The translations under genes and the position numbers were made by a program. The notes beneath the pieces are model-generated. The model saw only the letters and a list, made by a program, of their open reading frames with translations. It made no database searches and had not been told where the DNA came from. 64,000 nucleotides of DNA from Candidatus Obscuribacteraceae bacterium. Its GTDB lineage: Bacteria; Cyanobacteriota; Vampirovibrionia; Obscuribacterales; Obscuribacteraceae. Each line of letters opens with the position of its first letter. The stretch's first letter is position 1. Positions 28,694 through 38,315 of this stretch are shown piece by piece. The stretch lies in NCBI GenBank assembly GCA_044226015.1, contig JBGAHS010000010.1, positions 224,001 through 288,000 of the forward strand, in the 5' to 3' direction.

Positions 28694-30576
28694 ATCGATA
28701 TAGCAAACTAATTAGCGCTTATACAATGAAAGCAGAAATTGCGCTAGCTAGGCTCGCGAAGATGGATAAGTTCAAGCATCCTCCAAATATTGATTTTTCC
28801 AGTCTGCTTGAGAAGAAGCGTGAACCGTCTCCAAAACGCGTCCGAAAAATATGTGTTTTGAAAAGCATCATAATGTACTCGCTCTTGCTGCTCGGTTTTT
28901 CAATTCTTCAGTTGAATTCTATTCTTGCTGCAAATGCTGCCGAGTCAAACAAAGTAGATTTTACGAAGATACAAGACCTGAATCTCGGCACTAAGCCAGT
29001 GAATAGACCCGTTCGTCAAAAATGGGCATTGGTTGTTGGATGCAATAATTTTCTTGACCGTCGTTTGAACACAACTCAACCCTACGACAAAGCTGCTAAT
29101 AAATTTTTGGACTACTTAACCAGCCCAAAAGGTGGGCGCTTTCGTGCTGACCATGTTCGCGTTCTAACCGATGAAAAAGCAACTGAGCAAAATATTGCTA
29201 ATTCATTTGGGAACTCATGGTTCGGGCGGCTTGTCGGTCCGGACGATCTTGTTGTTGTGTATATTGCCACTCGTTCTTTTCCAACAACAGATGGTAATAG
29301 CTATTTGTGTTCTTACAATTGCGCGCTAGATAATATCTATGGTACTTGCTTATCAGTGCAAGACTTGATGCGAACAATTCGCACAAATTTGAAGTCAGAT
29401 CGAATTGTGTTGATTGTTGAATCGGCCTATAGTGGGGCTGTTGATTTGAGTACTGCACCTGGAAAAAAACTTCCTAACTTTAATGTTGATCTTGAACAAG
29501 TTACTGTGGGCAAGGGTTTAATGGTTTTGAGTTCCAGTCAGTCTGATCAGCTGAGTTGGCAAACAATTTTTACTGATAATCTGACAAGCGCGCTTAGTGA
29601 AAAGGATGGGCTTTTGCCATTGGAAGAGGCGTTCTTGAAAGCCAAGCAACGAACTGAATTCGACTCGGTAAATAAAATTTTCAATGGAAGAAAGCAAACT
29701 CCCGTGATGAAATCTGACTGGAATGGTAATGACCTCGTCTTGGGCTGCCAACCTGTTGATACCACATCTGGTATCCCGGAGGAATCACAAAACTTCCTTG
29801 GCGCGGAAGCGCATTACTTCAATGCGAATAAGGCTGTAATCAACTCTGATTTGAACAAAGCTACTCTCGAATACCAGGAGGCGATAAAGGCTGACCCGTC
29901 GCTTAGCGACGCGAGAGCTGATTTTGCAGTTGTTCTCGCCATGCAAGGAAAGTGGTCAGAAGCTGAAGCGGAGTTGCGAAAGGCTATCGCGATTCGTCCT
30001 GATGATTCCCTCTATTTGACTAACTATGCAAGAGTTCTAGATAAGCTAGGGCAAAAGGAAGAGTGCAAAAAGATTCTAGAGAAAGCTTACTCTATCAATC
30101 CGAAAGATAGAGTGATTCTGGTTGCTCTTGCGGATAAGAATCTTGCTGTGGGCGATAAAGAATCGGCGCTAAGGCTTTTGGATCAGGCGCTGATTTTGTA
30201 CGCGGACAATGCAGTAGTTCAAGATAGAATGGCGTTTGTTTTGAGCATGGAAGGTAGAAACGAAGAAGCCTTGAAGCACGCAAAAGAGGCGGTTCACCTC
30301 GACCCTGGCATGGAAAGCGCTCACCTCAAACTAGGCGCATTGTATTCACTGACTGGCGATAATCAATCAGCAGTCAGAGAATATCAAGCTGTTCTGGCTA
30401 AAAATGATGCAAATCCAGATGCGCATTTTCTTCTTGGGCAAGCACTGGAGAAATCTGGTGACACTCAGGCTCTCAACGAGTACAAGAAGTTTCTTTCGTT
30501 GTGCGCTAGCACTGACAAGCGCCGCGCACAGGTGGAAGAGCGCTTGAAGAATGTGAATACTAATTCGCAACTCTAA
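28690..30576 (+). CDS. Catalytically dead caspase-like protein with TPR array
   Basis: KWALVVG and QTPV retained; His site reads YIATRS and Cys site reads VESAYSG; overlaps the upstream stop; exact start uncertain. Confidence 0.8.
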   Translation: MNRYSKLISAYTMKAEIALARLAKMDKFKHPPNIDFSSLLEKKREPSPKRVRKICVLKSIIMYSLLLLGFSILQLNSILAANAAESNKVDFTKIQDLNLGTKPVNRPVRQKWALVVGCNNFLDRRLNTTQPYDKAANKFLDYLTSPKGGRFRADHVRVLTDEKATEQNIANSFGNSWFGRLVGPDDLVVVYIATRSFPTTDGNSYLCSYNCALDNIYGTCLSVQDLMRTIRTNLKSDRIVLIVESAYSGAVDLSTAPGKKLPNFNVDLEQVTVGKGLMVLSSSQSDQLSWQTIFTDNLTSALSEKDGLLPLEEAFLKAKQRTEFDSVNKIFNGRKQTPVMKSDWNGNDLVLGCQPVDTTSGIPEESQNFLGAEAHYFNANKAVINSDLNKATLEYQEAIKADPSLSDARADFAVVLAMQGKWSEAEAELRKAIAIRPDDSLYLTNYARVLDKLGQKEECKKILEKAYSINPKDRVILVALADKNLAVGDKESALRLLDQALILYADNAVVQDRMAFVLSMEGRNEEALKHAKEAVHLDPGMESAHLKLGALYSLTGDNQSAVREYQAVLAKNDANPDAHFLLGQALEKSGDTQALNEYKKFLSLCASTDKRRAQVEERLKNVNTNSQL

Positions 30577-30625
30577 TTAGGCGTAGCGTGGTTGGCTCAA
30601 GCTTGCATTGGTAAGAGTAATCTGC

Positions 30626-31135
30626 TCAGGTCCTCTGCGAAATTCTTTTGGCTGAGGTTTTGATGTGTTTCAACGGCACCAGTGCGTATGGCATGAAGTT
30701 GTATGCTCGATAGATCAGCAAATTAACCAGCACCACTATCCACGTAAGGTGATAGAGCGGTGACATTGTGAACAGGTCTGGAATGTGAGTGGCAAATGTA
30801 AGACCTGCTAGCGCAGTGAAGCCACCAAATGCAACTTCAAAAAATGACCACATAATCAGGTTTTGGAATACTTGAAATGACCATGGTAAACCGGTGAGCA
30901 ATGAAAAAACATAGAATACAGCGTTCTGAATTAAGAGAACACCAATCACTCTGGTGCAAAATCGCTTCAACTTAAATCCAAATCTGCGATTAGGTCTTGT
31001 AACCTTTCCGCCCAAGATTGCAAGCGCGCCAGCCCATTCCTTTTCTTTTGAATTCGGATTAGCCAGAATTTCTAGCGCTTGTTCGCGTGTTGTTTTATCA
31101 ACCATAAAGAAACCCTGCAGGGAGCCTAATTGCAC
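30626..31135 (-). CDS. Hypothetical membrane protein
   Basis: Three hydrophobic segments; start possibly ATG 31105. Confidence 0.6.
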   Translation of the reverse strand: MQLGSLQGFFMVDKTTREQALEILANPNSKEKEWAGALAILGGKVTRPNRRFGFKLKRFCTRVIGVLLIQNAVFYVFSLLTGLPWSFQVFQNLIMWSFFEVAFGGFTALAGLTFATHIPDLFTMSPLYHLTWIVVLVNLLIYRAYNFMPYALVPLKHIKTSAKRISQRT

Positions 31136-31225
31136 TCTACGACAGATCGCATCCGGCTGTCAAGGGAAGTCGCGTTTGCTGGTTTTTGGGGCACGAATGG
31201 CGAAATTCTGAGGTAAACGACAAAT

Positions 31226-31260
31226 AAAAAGGCACCCACTCAAATCGATGTGTGGATGCC
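31226..31260 (-). terminator. Probable intrinsic terminator of the peroxidase gene
   Basis: ggcacccac...gtggatgcc stem followed by a T-run on the minus strand. Confidence 0.6.
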
Positions 31261-31283
31261 CTTGTGAAGCTGGTATATCTAAA

Positions 31284-31946
31284 TTAGAGTTGCTTTTCGA
31301 TGTCTTTAGCCATGTCTTCGGGTTTTACTGCAGACTCGAAGCGTTGAACAACATTACCGTGACGGTCAACAAGGAATTTTGTGAAGTTCCACTTGATGGG
31401 CTGAGCTGCACCTTTCTCAGCTCCGGTTAAATAGCGGAACAAAGGATGCGCATGATCTCCGTTAACATCAATTTTTTCGAACATTTGAAAGTCGACACCG
31501 TAATTTCTCTGGCAAAAAGAGCCAATCTCTTCAGCGTTGCCTGGCTCTTGTGCGCCAAATTGATTGCAAGGAAATCCCAATACTTTCAACCCTTTGGCTG
31601 CATACTTCTTATGGAGATCTTCAAGCCCCTGGAACTGAGGAGTGTAACCACATTTGCTAGCAGTGTTTACTATCAACATCACGTCGCCTTTGTAATCACT
31701 GATCTTAATATCTTTACCATCCAATGCTTTTGCCTGGAAATTGTAAATCTCTGCCATTTTTTCATTCTCCTTCTTAGTCATTTTGTTTGCAGCGATAGAA
31801 GTCGGCTTCTTGTCTTGACTTGTGGCATTCTTCGCATGGCACACAGGCATCGCAAGCTGTGCGAAAAGCGAAATTGTTATCGCCGAGAACAATGATGAAT
31901 GCGCGAGTTTCCTGATAGGTGTCATAGCAATTCCCCCTGGTCGCAC
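31284..31946 (-). CDS. Glutathione peroxidase family protein (Cys type), possible signal peptide
   Basis: NTASKCGYTPQ, GFPCNQFG, KWNFTKFL. Confidence 0.93.
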   Translation of the reverse strand: MRPGGIAMTPIRKLAHSSLFSAITISLFAQLAMPVCHAKNATSQDKKPTSIAANKMTKKENEKMAEIYNFQAKALDGKDIKISDYKGDVMLIVNTASKCGYTPQFQGLEDLHKKYAAKGLKVLGFPCNQFGAQEPGNAEEIGSFCQRNYGVDFQMFEKIDVNGDHAHPLFRYLTGAEKGAAQPIKWNFTKFLVDRHGNVVQRFESAVKPEDMAKDIEKQL

Positions 31947-32020
31947 TATTATGCAACCAAGTGCCTATTTGCACTCAAAATGTATAGCTAAACTTAAACC
32001 TTCCATGTTGCAAGTCTTAT

Positions 32021-33280
32021 TTAGAGTGGCAAATCATGCCGTTTTCTAGCAAATGCAAGTTGCGAGTTGATATCGTTGCTTTCGTTTGATCCTTTCTTTC
32101 TCTTTAATGGTTTAGCCTGCTGCTTAATGCTAACGATTCTGCGCCCGAGCGGGTCGTCTGATCCGTTAGAGTCTAAGAGTTGCTCTCCTTCGACAAGTTC
32201 CCTTAGGTCAAGATGGCTCTTATAGAGCGTTGCACCATACAAGGGCATTATGTTCAGGTCTTCTTCGCGTTCGATTCCATCTTTCGGAATTATGCGTGAT
32301 TTTTCGGTTTCATTTTTGCTGACGCAAATTTCATCGCCTTTGTCCGCAGCGTAAGTGTAGGGTCTATATGCTATTCGAAAAGTCAGTACTGCAGCTTTTC
32401 CTTGAATGCCATAAACGCGCATGATTCCATCATCTCTGTACTCTACTATTGCAGCCGATTTCTGCGGCACATCTATTTCACCAAAATCAGTACGTAGTTC
32501 CAAATTGCTTCTTGAACCTGCAATCAAAATCATTTTTCCTTTGTGCATCACCAACTGATCCCGACGTTTATAAAATCTGCATCCACTGTCTGGAAGCACA
32601 AATGCACTTGGGTCATTTTGCATGATGAATCTCTGACCCTGACCCGCGACTGCATTGAACATCGTGTCAGGCTTAATCAAGAAATTACCAGCTTCTTTAT
32701 AGTAGTCTTCTCTTTCTGGTTCTTTCGAAAAATCATTATCTATTCGAATGGGATCTTTTGGTTGGCTTGTACTTGTTTGAGAGTTTGGTGATCCGCTTGG
32801 GTTTGAACTTGTTGGTGAGTTTGTCGATCCGCTTGGGTTTGCATTTGTTTGCGAGTTTGGTGATTCGCCTGTGCTCGGAGTAGCTTGAGTTTCTTGGGAT
32901 TCTTTTAGATTTGCATCCGATTGAGATTCATTGGAACAGCTTGAATTGGCAGCTGATTTGTTGAGACCTGCGTCACTACTTGAGGTAGACCATGCGTCTG
33001 ATCCTTCCTCTGTAGAATCCTCCGCACCTGAGTTTTCATTCGTGTTTATAGATGCATCAAATACGGTGCCCGGCGATGAAGTAACCGCGATTTTGTCTGA
33101 GTTGGTTCCACTTTGTGATTCAGTAGCCATTGCTACAATCTGGCTGTTTGAACCAATCAAAACTGAAAGAACAAGTGTGCCGCTTGTTTGTTTCCAAAGG
33201 AAACTCGGCGTTCTGAACGAACGCGACTGCGTATATTTAGCCATGCGAAAACCTCTCCGAAACAGAGTTTCGTAAAACAT
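32021..33280 (-). CDS. Secreted hypothetical protein: S/T/N-rich linker plus FecR-like beta domain
   Basis: Signal-like segment, 12-aa NPSGSxNS repeats, HKGKMIL...RTDFGEIDV...VYGIQG pattern. Confidence 0.6.
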   Translation of the reverse strand: MFYETLFRRGFRMAKYTQSRSFRTPSFLWKQTSGTLVLSVLIGSNSQIVAMATESQSGTNSDKIAVTSSPGTVFDASINTNENSGAEDSTEEGSDAWSTSSSDAGLNKSAANSSCSNESQSDANLKESQETQATPSTGESPNSQTNANPSGSTNSPTSSNPSGSPNSQTSTSQPKDPIRIDNDFSKEPEREDYYKEAGNFLIKPDTMFNAVAGQGQRFIMQNDPSAFVLPDSGCRFYKRRDQLVMHKGKMILIAGSRSNLELRTDFGEIDVPQKSAAIVEYRDDGIMRVYGIQGKAAVLTFRIAYRPYTYAADKGDEICVSKNETEKSRIIPKDGIEREEDLNIMPLYGATLYKSHLDLRELVEGEQLLDSNGSDDPLGRRIVSIKQQAKPLKRKKGSNESNDINSQLAFARKRHDLPL

Positions 33281-33497
33281 CTGGAAGACAAATTCAATCG
33301 GAACCGATTAGTCGCGGTTCGATAGCGGGAAGCCAATTTTCATCTTACCTCTTGCTCACCAAGCAGGCATCCGTCATTTAACGGACCCGATACTAATCAA
33401 TAACGCCCGTAGTGGCTTCAATGAGCACATTGGGCGTTAACTCGTTCGTGTATAGCGAGAGGTTCAGAAGCTAAAGCCATGCTGCCGGTCTGGTAGC

Positions 33498-33623
33498 TTG
33501 AGGATCCCTGAGCTGATGAGGATCTAAGAGATGATGAGGATCTAAGAGATGATTGCGGTATCTAAGAGCTGATTGCGGTATCTAAGAGCTGATTGGGGTA
33601 TCTGAGAGCTGATGAGGATCTGT
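33498..33623. repeat. Intergenic minisatellite, six 18-20-bp units plus a partial unit
   Basis: gagctgatgaggatctaa / gagctgattgcggtatctaa. Confidence 0.9.
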
Positions 33624-33638
33624 GCCTTCAAGAACAGT

Positions 33639-34376
33639 TCAGGTTGAGAGTGCCAGTCCTGCTGGACCTTCTGCAGATTGTCCCTCTGCAGCCTGCATCG
33701 CTTGCTCAAGGTCCAGGCGGTAACCTTTGTTGCGTTCGGTTTTGATCACTGACTTGCGGTCAGGCAAGTCGACAGATCGGCGAAGCAGCTTGATGTGAGA
33801 TCTCACAGTGTCCAATGATGCTAGTGAGTCGTCGTGCCAAACCCGTTGAAGTAGCGCCTCAGCGGAGAAGAACTGGTTGGGATGGCGCATGAAGAATTCC
33901 AGCAAATTAATAACCATTGGACGAGCGTGAATCTCCAGCCCGTCACGGCTCAGTTTGCGAGTCACTGGGTCCAAAGCCAGGTGACCGGCAGTCAAGACAG
34001 TGCCGACGAAATCTGGCGGTCTGCGCAGTAGAGCGCGAATGCGAGCGGCCAGTTCCTTGTTCTCAAATGGCTTGGTCAGATAGTCGTCTGCACCTGCGTC
34101 GAGGCCGGTCTCTTTGTCGTCAGCAGATGTTCGGCAGGTCAACATAAGAATTGGGGTCTTGTTGCCAGCAGAGCGCAATCGCTCGCAAACGTCGACGCCG
34201 CTCACTCCCGGCATCATCCAGTCGAGGATGATCACGTCATAACTGTTAACCCGCAGGAGTTCCAGGGCTTCGCGACCACCCTGAGCTGATTGCACGGTGA
34301 AACCCTTGATCTGCAGAGTGTGCGTTATAACCTCTGTCATATCGCTGTCGTCGTCAACTAAAAGTATTTTTGCCAC
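33639..34376 (-). CDS. OmpR-family response regulator
   Basis: LVDDD, ILDWMMPG, GADDYLTKPF, winged helix TVRSHIKLLR...GYRL. Confidence 0.95.
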   Translation of the reverse strand: MAKILLVDDDSDMTEVITHTLQIKGFTVQSAQGGREALELLRVNSYDVIILDWMMPGVSGVDVCERLRSAGNKTPILMLTCRTSADDKETGLDAGADDYLTKPFENKELAARIRALLRRPPDFVGTVLTAGHLALDPVTRKLSRDGLEIHARPMVINLLEFFMRHPNQFFSAEALLQRVWHDDSLASLDTVRSHIKLLRRSVDLPDRKSVIKTERNKGYRLDLEQAMQAAEGQSAEGPAGLALST

Positions 34377-34446
34377 TGAGGTGTACTCTATCGCCGCTGT
34401 TCTTCTCTAGTAATGTACCCTTCCTTGGGTGAACAGAGTGTGAACA

Positions 34447-35529
34447 TCACCCAGGCAGCTCAAACCAGAAGGCTGCGCCGCTTCCCGGCTTGCTGTCCAC
34501 TCCGATTGCTCCATCGTGGGCTTCGACTATTTCCTTGCAAATGGACAATCCCAACCCACTACCACCTCTCATTCGGCGGTCTGGTGAGTCAAGTTGTTGA
34601 AACTTTTCAAATAATTTGGTCTGGTCGTAGGCCGAAATTCCTGGTCCATTGTCGCTGATGTTCACCCGCCCTCTGCCATTCATTCTGGAAACGGACACTC
34701 TGACCACTGAATTTGGAGGTGAGAATTTGACAGCGTTAGACAGTAGGTTCTCGGTGACCTGGAGAATTCGCTGGGTATCCGCATAGACAAATGGGTACCC
34801 GACGCTTTCGAAACTAAGCTCGATGCCAGCTTGCTCTGCCACGGGTTTGAAGTCAGTTACAGCGTTTTCTATTAGCTCCGCAAGAGAAACGCGTTGTTTC
34901 AATAGTCGAAACTTGCCTGATTCGAGTTTCTTGAAGTCCAAAATGTTTTCAATCAACTTCCAGAGGCTCTCCGCCGCTCGGTTGGAGATGTCGATGAATT
35001 TCATGGCGGTATCATTTATGGTGCCAGCTTCTCCGTCGCTTATTACGGATAGCGAGCTTTTAATTTTGGCAATCGGACTTCTTAGCTCGTGTGAAACGAT
35101 TGAGTAAAAATCGGAAATCCTCTGCTCTGCTTCGATGCGCTTTGTGATGTCGTTTTGAACACCCACGAAAGCGAGCAGCCTACCTTGCTTTGAATGAACT
35201 GGCGATATCGTGAGCTCATTATAAAATCGCTCTCCGTCTTTCTTGTAGTTTTTGAGAATGACGGTGACAGCAACTTCTTCTTTGAGTGCCCTTTTTATTT
35301 CTCTGATTGCTTCCTGGTCGCGGTCTTCCCGTTGCAAGAAGCGGCAATTCTGTCCGAGGATTTCATCGGCGGAATAACCCGTGATATCACTGAAAGCCTT
35401 ATTCGTATAAATAATCGGGTTGTCTGGCTTCGTGGGGTCGGTGATGACGATTCCGTTTCTGACGCTCTCAATCGCTCTGAACATGAGAGCAAGCTGGTCT
35501 TGTTCACTCAGTTCGTCTTCAATAAACAT
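34447..35529 (-). CDS. LOV-domain (flavin, blue-light) histidine kinase
   Basis: DNPIIY, GQNCRFLQ, NYKKDG, FVGVQND; H-box VSHELRSP; NLLSNAVKF; GSGLGL. Confidence 0.92.
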   Translation of the reverse strand: MFIEDELSEQDQLALMFRAIESVRNGIVITDPTKPDNPIIYTNKAFSDITGYSADEILGQNCRFLQREDRDQEAIREIKRALKEEVAVTVILKNYKKDGERFYNELTISPVHSKQGRLLAFVGVQNDITKRIEAEQRISDFYSIVSHELRSPIAKIKSSLSVISDGEAGTINDTAMKFIDISNRAAESLWKLIENILDFKKLESGKFRLLKQRVSLAELIENAVTDFKPVAEQAGIELSFESVGYPFVYADTQRILQVTENLLSNAVKFSPPNSVVRVSVSRMNGRGRVNISDNGPGISAYDQTKLFEKFQQLDSPDRRMRGGSGLGLSICKEIVEAHDGAIGVDSKPGSGAAFWFELPG

Positions 35530-35555
35530 TTTTTCCTCTAAGCAAATTTCTACAT

Positions 35556-37001
35556 TTACTGATTCATTTCTGAATTCTCAATTCGATCTGTTGCTTCTTT
35601 TGTCTCCATAGGTTTGAGATAAAACTCTTCGCATAATAGCAGACCTACTGATGTAATGGGAATTGCTATTAGTGCACCGGCTACACCAAGCAAAGTAGCG
35701 CCGATCAAGATGGAAAATAAAACGATCAGTGGATGCAGGTCAACACTCTTGCCGAGCAGTTGGGGAACGATGAAACTGCTCTCCACCCATTGCTCAATTC
35801 CATACAGTAAAAAGACGAGCCCCGCCAACACCGGTCCACCCCCAGTGTCTTGATTCAAGGCAACGAGAATAGCGCTGCCGGTTGCAAGAAGAGAACCTAC
35901 GAATGGAACAAGATTAAGCAGCCCTGCCATAATTCCTAGAATCAAAGCGTATTTTAATCGCAGAATGGAAAAGCCGATGAAAAGAAACGCAGCGACGCAG
36001 AGTGATACGAGCAACTGTCCACGCACGTATCCTCCCAGTCGATTCTCCAGAGGACGTATCAGCTGTGCCCATCTAGAGCGTTTGGGTTCGGGCAGCCATC
36101 GGAGTATTTTCGGCCAAAGCGATTCGGCTTCCACAACAAAGTATGCTGCAAGGAACAGCGTGAGCACCACATTTCCCAGCAAACCAAGAACGCCAGCCGT
36201 CAGGTCTATTGTTTTGGACAGCATTTTGCTTACGAAGTCTTGCAGAGTGTCGCTCTTCACTGAAAAGTTTTTGACGAGATGACTTGCAGCAGTAGATGTT
36301 GCTTGAATTTTGCTTACTGTTTCTGTTTTGCTATGTATTACTTTGTTGGAACCTTCCTCGTTTCTGTCTGAGCCAGTAAGTTCATCGCTATCAACCAGGC
36401 TTGATTTTGCGGACTTGCCTGAACTTTTACCAGGTTCATCAGAAGCAGATTTGGGGCTGGAAGTTTGACTTTCTTCAGCCGCGCTTTCTTTACTCGCGTC
36501 TTCGTTGCCAGATGCTTCTTTACTCGCGGCTTCTTTGTCAGATGCTTCTTTGACAGATGCGTCTTTGCCTGTGCTTTCGGTCTTCGAGTCTGGTGATTTT
36601 TCCGGTTCCGAACCAGTCGTTGTCAGCTTACTGTTTCCCGATGGGAGTGCTTTCGCGTTCTCAACCAAAACTGCTGCTTTGTCTAAATAGGTTGGAAGAT
36701 TGTCATACAATTGACCTGCTTCCTCTCTAATTGTGGGTACGGCTGATATTGCTAGAAAAATGTAGATCCCCATTGTAATCAGATACATGCAGAGCACCGT
36801 AGCAATGCGCGGAACTTTTCGTGCTTGTCCCCACTCGGCCACGGGAGACATTGCTGACGCGATGGTCAAAGCAAAAATGAGGCAAATAATCAGCACCTTC
36901 AACTCAATGGCGATGTAGATAAAGAGTGCTGCAAGTAGGGCGAAAAGTACAGTTTTCAGCGCAATAGCAGTTGTTTGATTTTTCTCCGTCGGGCTGAGCA
37001 T
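35556..37001 (-). CDS. AI-2E family transporter with long S/K/E-rich insertion
   Basis: GGYVRGQL, LNLVPFVG, QWVESSFIVPQLLGKSVDLHP, GALIAIP. Confidence 0.9.
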   Translation of the reverse strand: MLSPTEKNQTTAIALKTVLFALLAALFIYIAIELKVLIICLIFALTIASAMSPVAEWGQARKVPRIATVLCMYLITMGIYIFLAISAVPTIREEAGQLYDNLPTYLDKAAVLVENAKALPSGNSKLTTTGSEPEKSPDSKTESTGKDASVKEASDKEAASKEASGNEDASKESAAEESQTSSPKSASDEPGKSSGKSAKSSLVDSDELTGSDRNEEGSNKVIHSKTETVSKIQATSTAASHLVKNFSVKSDTLQDFVSKMLSKTIDLTAGVLGLLGNVVLTLFLAAYFVVEAESLWPKILRWLPEPKRSRWAQLIRPLENRLGGYVRGQLLVSLCVAAFLFIGFSILRLKYALILGIMAGLLNLVPFVGSLLATGSAILVALNQDTGGGPVLAGLVFLLYGIEQWVESSFIVPQLLGKSVDLHPLIVLFSILIGATLLGVAGALIAIPITSVGLLLCEEFYLKPMETKEATDRIENSEMNQ

Positions 37002-37078
37002 CTTTTATTCCGCCTTTTATCTGTGAGAATTCTACATCAAAAATGATTCCCGGTCTTTTGCCCTTGAGTTTGCGCCAA

Positions 37079-38299
37079 TCATTTCTCGGATGATATCAGT
37101 TGAACCGCATAATCCAGAGCATCATTAACGTCTGGGAAAATCCCCCTGCATAATGGTCGAAGTGCGTTCTGTTTATTTTCGTCTCTGGCAATACCGAACG
37201 CTACAACATCAACTTCCATATTCGCTGCTTTCAATAATTCAGGAAGCCTTACCATAGGTTTGATTCCTGAAATCGTGTCTTCAAAAACATAGATTCTGAA
37301 CCGCTTTGAGCCGCTGAGATCGCGCAATTCCTGAGCGTCTCCGCTTCGGGTTGCGCGATAGGCTAAATTCAAAGTTCTGCTGTCTCCCGTGTTGAGCAGA
37401 GCAGCAAGAAACGCAGAAAGTGAATGGGTCAAATTCGGTTTAGTTAGCGCTTCTGATTTCTCATCGTGCTGAGCTGCTAACCATTCCATGCTTCCCATTC
37501 CTACTAGTGGGAAAATGTCAAGCTTCGCTGCTTGAGCTGCTATTTCGGCTTCAGGAGAATATCCCACTGTGTTGTCTATGTCGGGCGGAGGATGACTGGG
37601 TCTTGCAGTGTAAATTGCAACTCGAATTCGTTTGTCCAGGCTGAGTGCTTTGAGTTTCTCGCTGCTTGAGCTTGTCATCAAAACCTCATCAATTGTTTTC
37701 AACAATGATGGACCTTCATATGAACTGCCCAATCCGTAAGTCGAAGTGAAGTCGCTTCCTAGAATAATGTTTTGGAAAATTCTCGTTCCAAAGCTGTTGT
37801 ATGGCGAGCGCGTGTCGCTCATGAAACCATTTATTAGCGCAGAAAAAAACGCCTGGTTCCTATTACCCGAGAGTCCCTCAATCAAGATTTCTGAGAGGAG
37901 GTCTGGTGGATGACTGCTTTCACCGTGGTTTCGATAGTATTCTGCCAGGCTGATATAGTCGGGGCGGGGAGCACAAGGCGTCAGCGAAATTAGCTTGGAA
38001 AGCGCTTGTTCAGCAGTCAGCTCTATTTCTGTCGATTCTATTGATACTGTATTCAACTGCTCTGCGCAGTTTTTCAAAATTGCTGCAAATGCGATGTTTG
38101 TTATGTCCCACACATCGTGAATGCCCGTTGATTCCATGTGGGCAATTTCTTCATCACTCAAAATGAGTTCCTCAGAATTTTGAATTCCGGCAAGCTTACA
38201 GAGAAACTTCAAGCTGCTGTTTATGCCGACTTTGTACGCCAGTGGCGAAACAATGACACCATCTACGTCAAACAAGAATATGTGCTCAAAGTCGGTCAT
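37079..38299 (-). CDS. HAD-superfamily hydrolase with large cap (candidate histidine-pathway phosphatase)
   Basis: FDVDGV (motif I), YTARP (II), TKPN (III), FEDTISG (IV). Confidence 0.8.
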   Translation of the reverse strand: MTDFEHIFLFDVDGVIVSPLAYKVGINSSLKFLCKLAGIQNSEELILSDEEIAHMESTGIHDVWDITNIAFAAILKNCAEQLNTVSIESTEIELTAEQALSKLISLTPCAPRPDYISLAEYYRNHGESSHPPDLLSEILIEGLSGNRNQAFFSALINGFMSDTRSPYNSFGTRIFQNIILGSDFTSTYGLGSSYEGPSLLKTIDEVLMTSSSSEKLKALSLDKRIRVAIYTARPSHPPPDIDNTVGYSPEAEIAAQAAKLDIFPLVGMGSMEWLAAQHDEKSEALTKPNLTHSLSAFLAALLNTGDSRTLNLAYRATRSGDAQELRDLSGSKRFRIYVFEDTISGIKPMVRLPELLKAANMEVDVVAFGIARDENKQNALRPLCRGIFPDVNDALDYAVQLISSEK

Positions 38300-38315
38300 T
38301 CTTATTTTTGCTCGC

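Noticed and set aside
31284..31946. Selenocysteine peroxidase
   Set aside because: Active-site codon is TGT (Cys).
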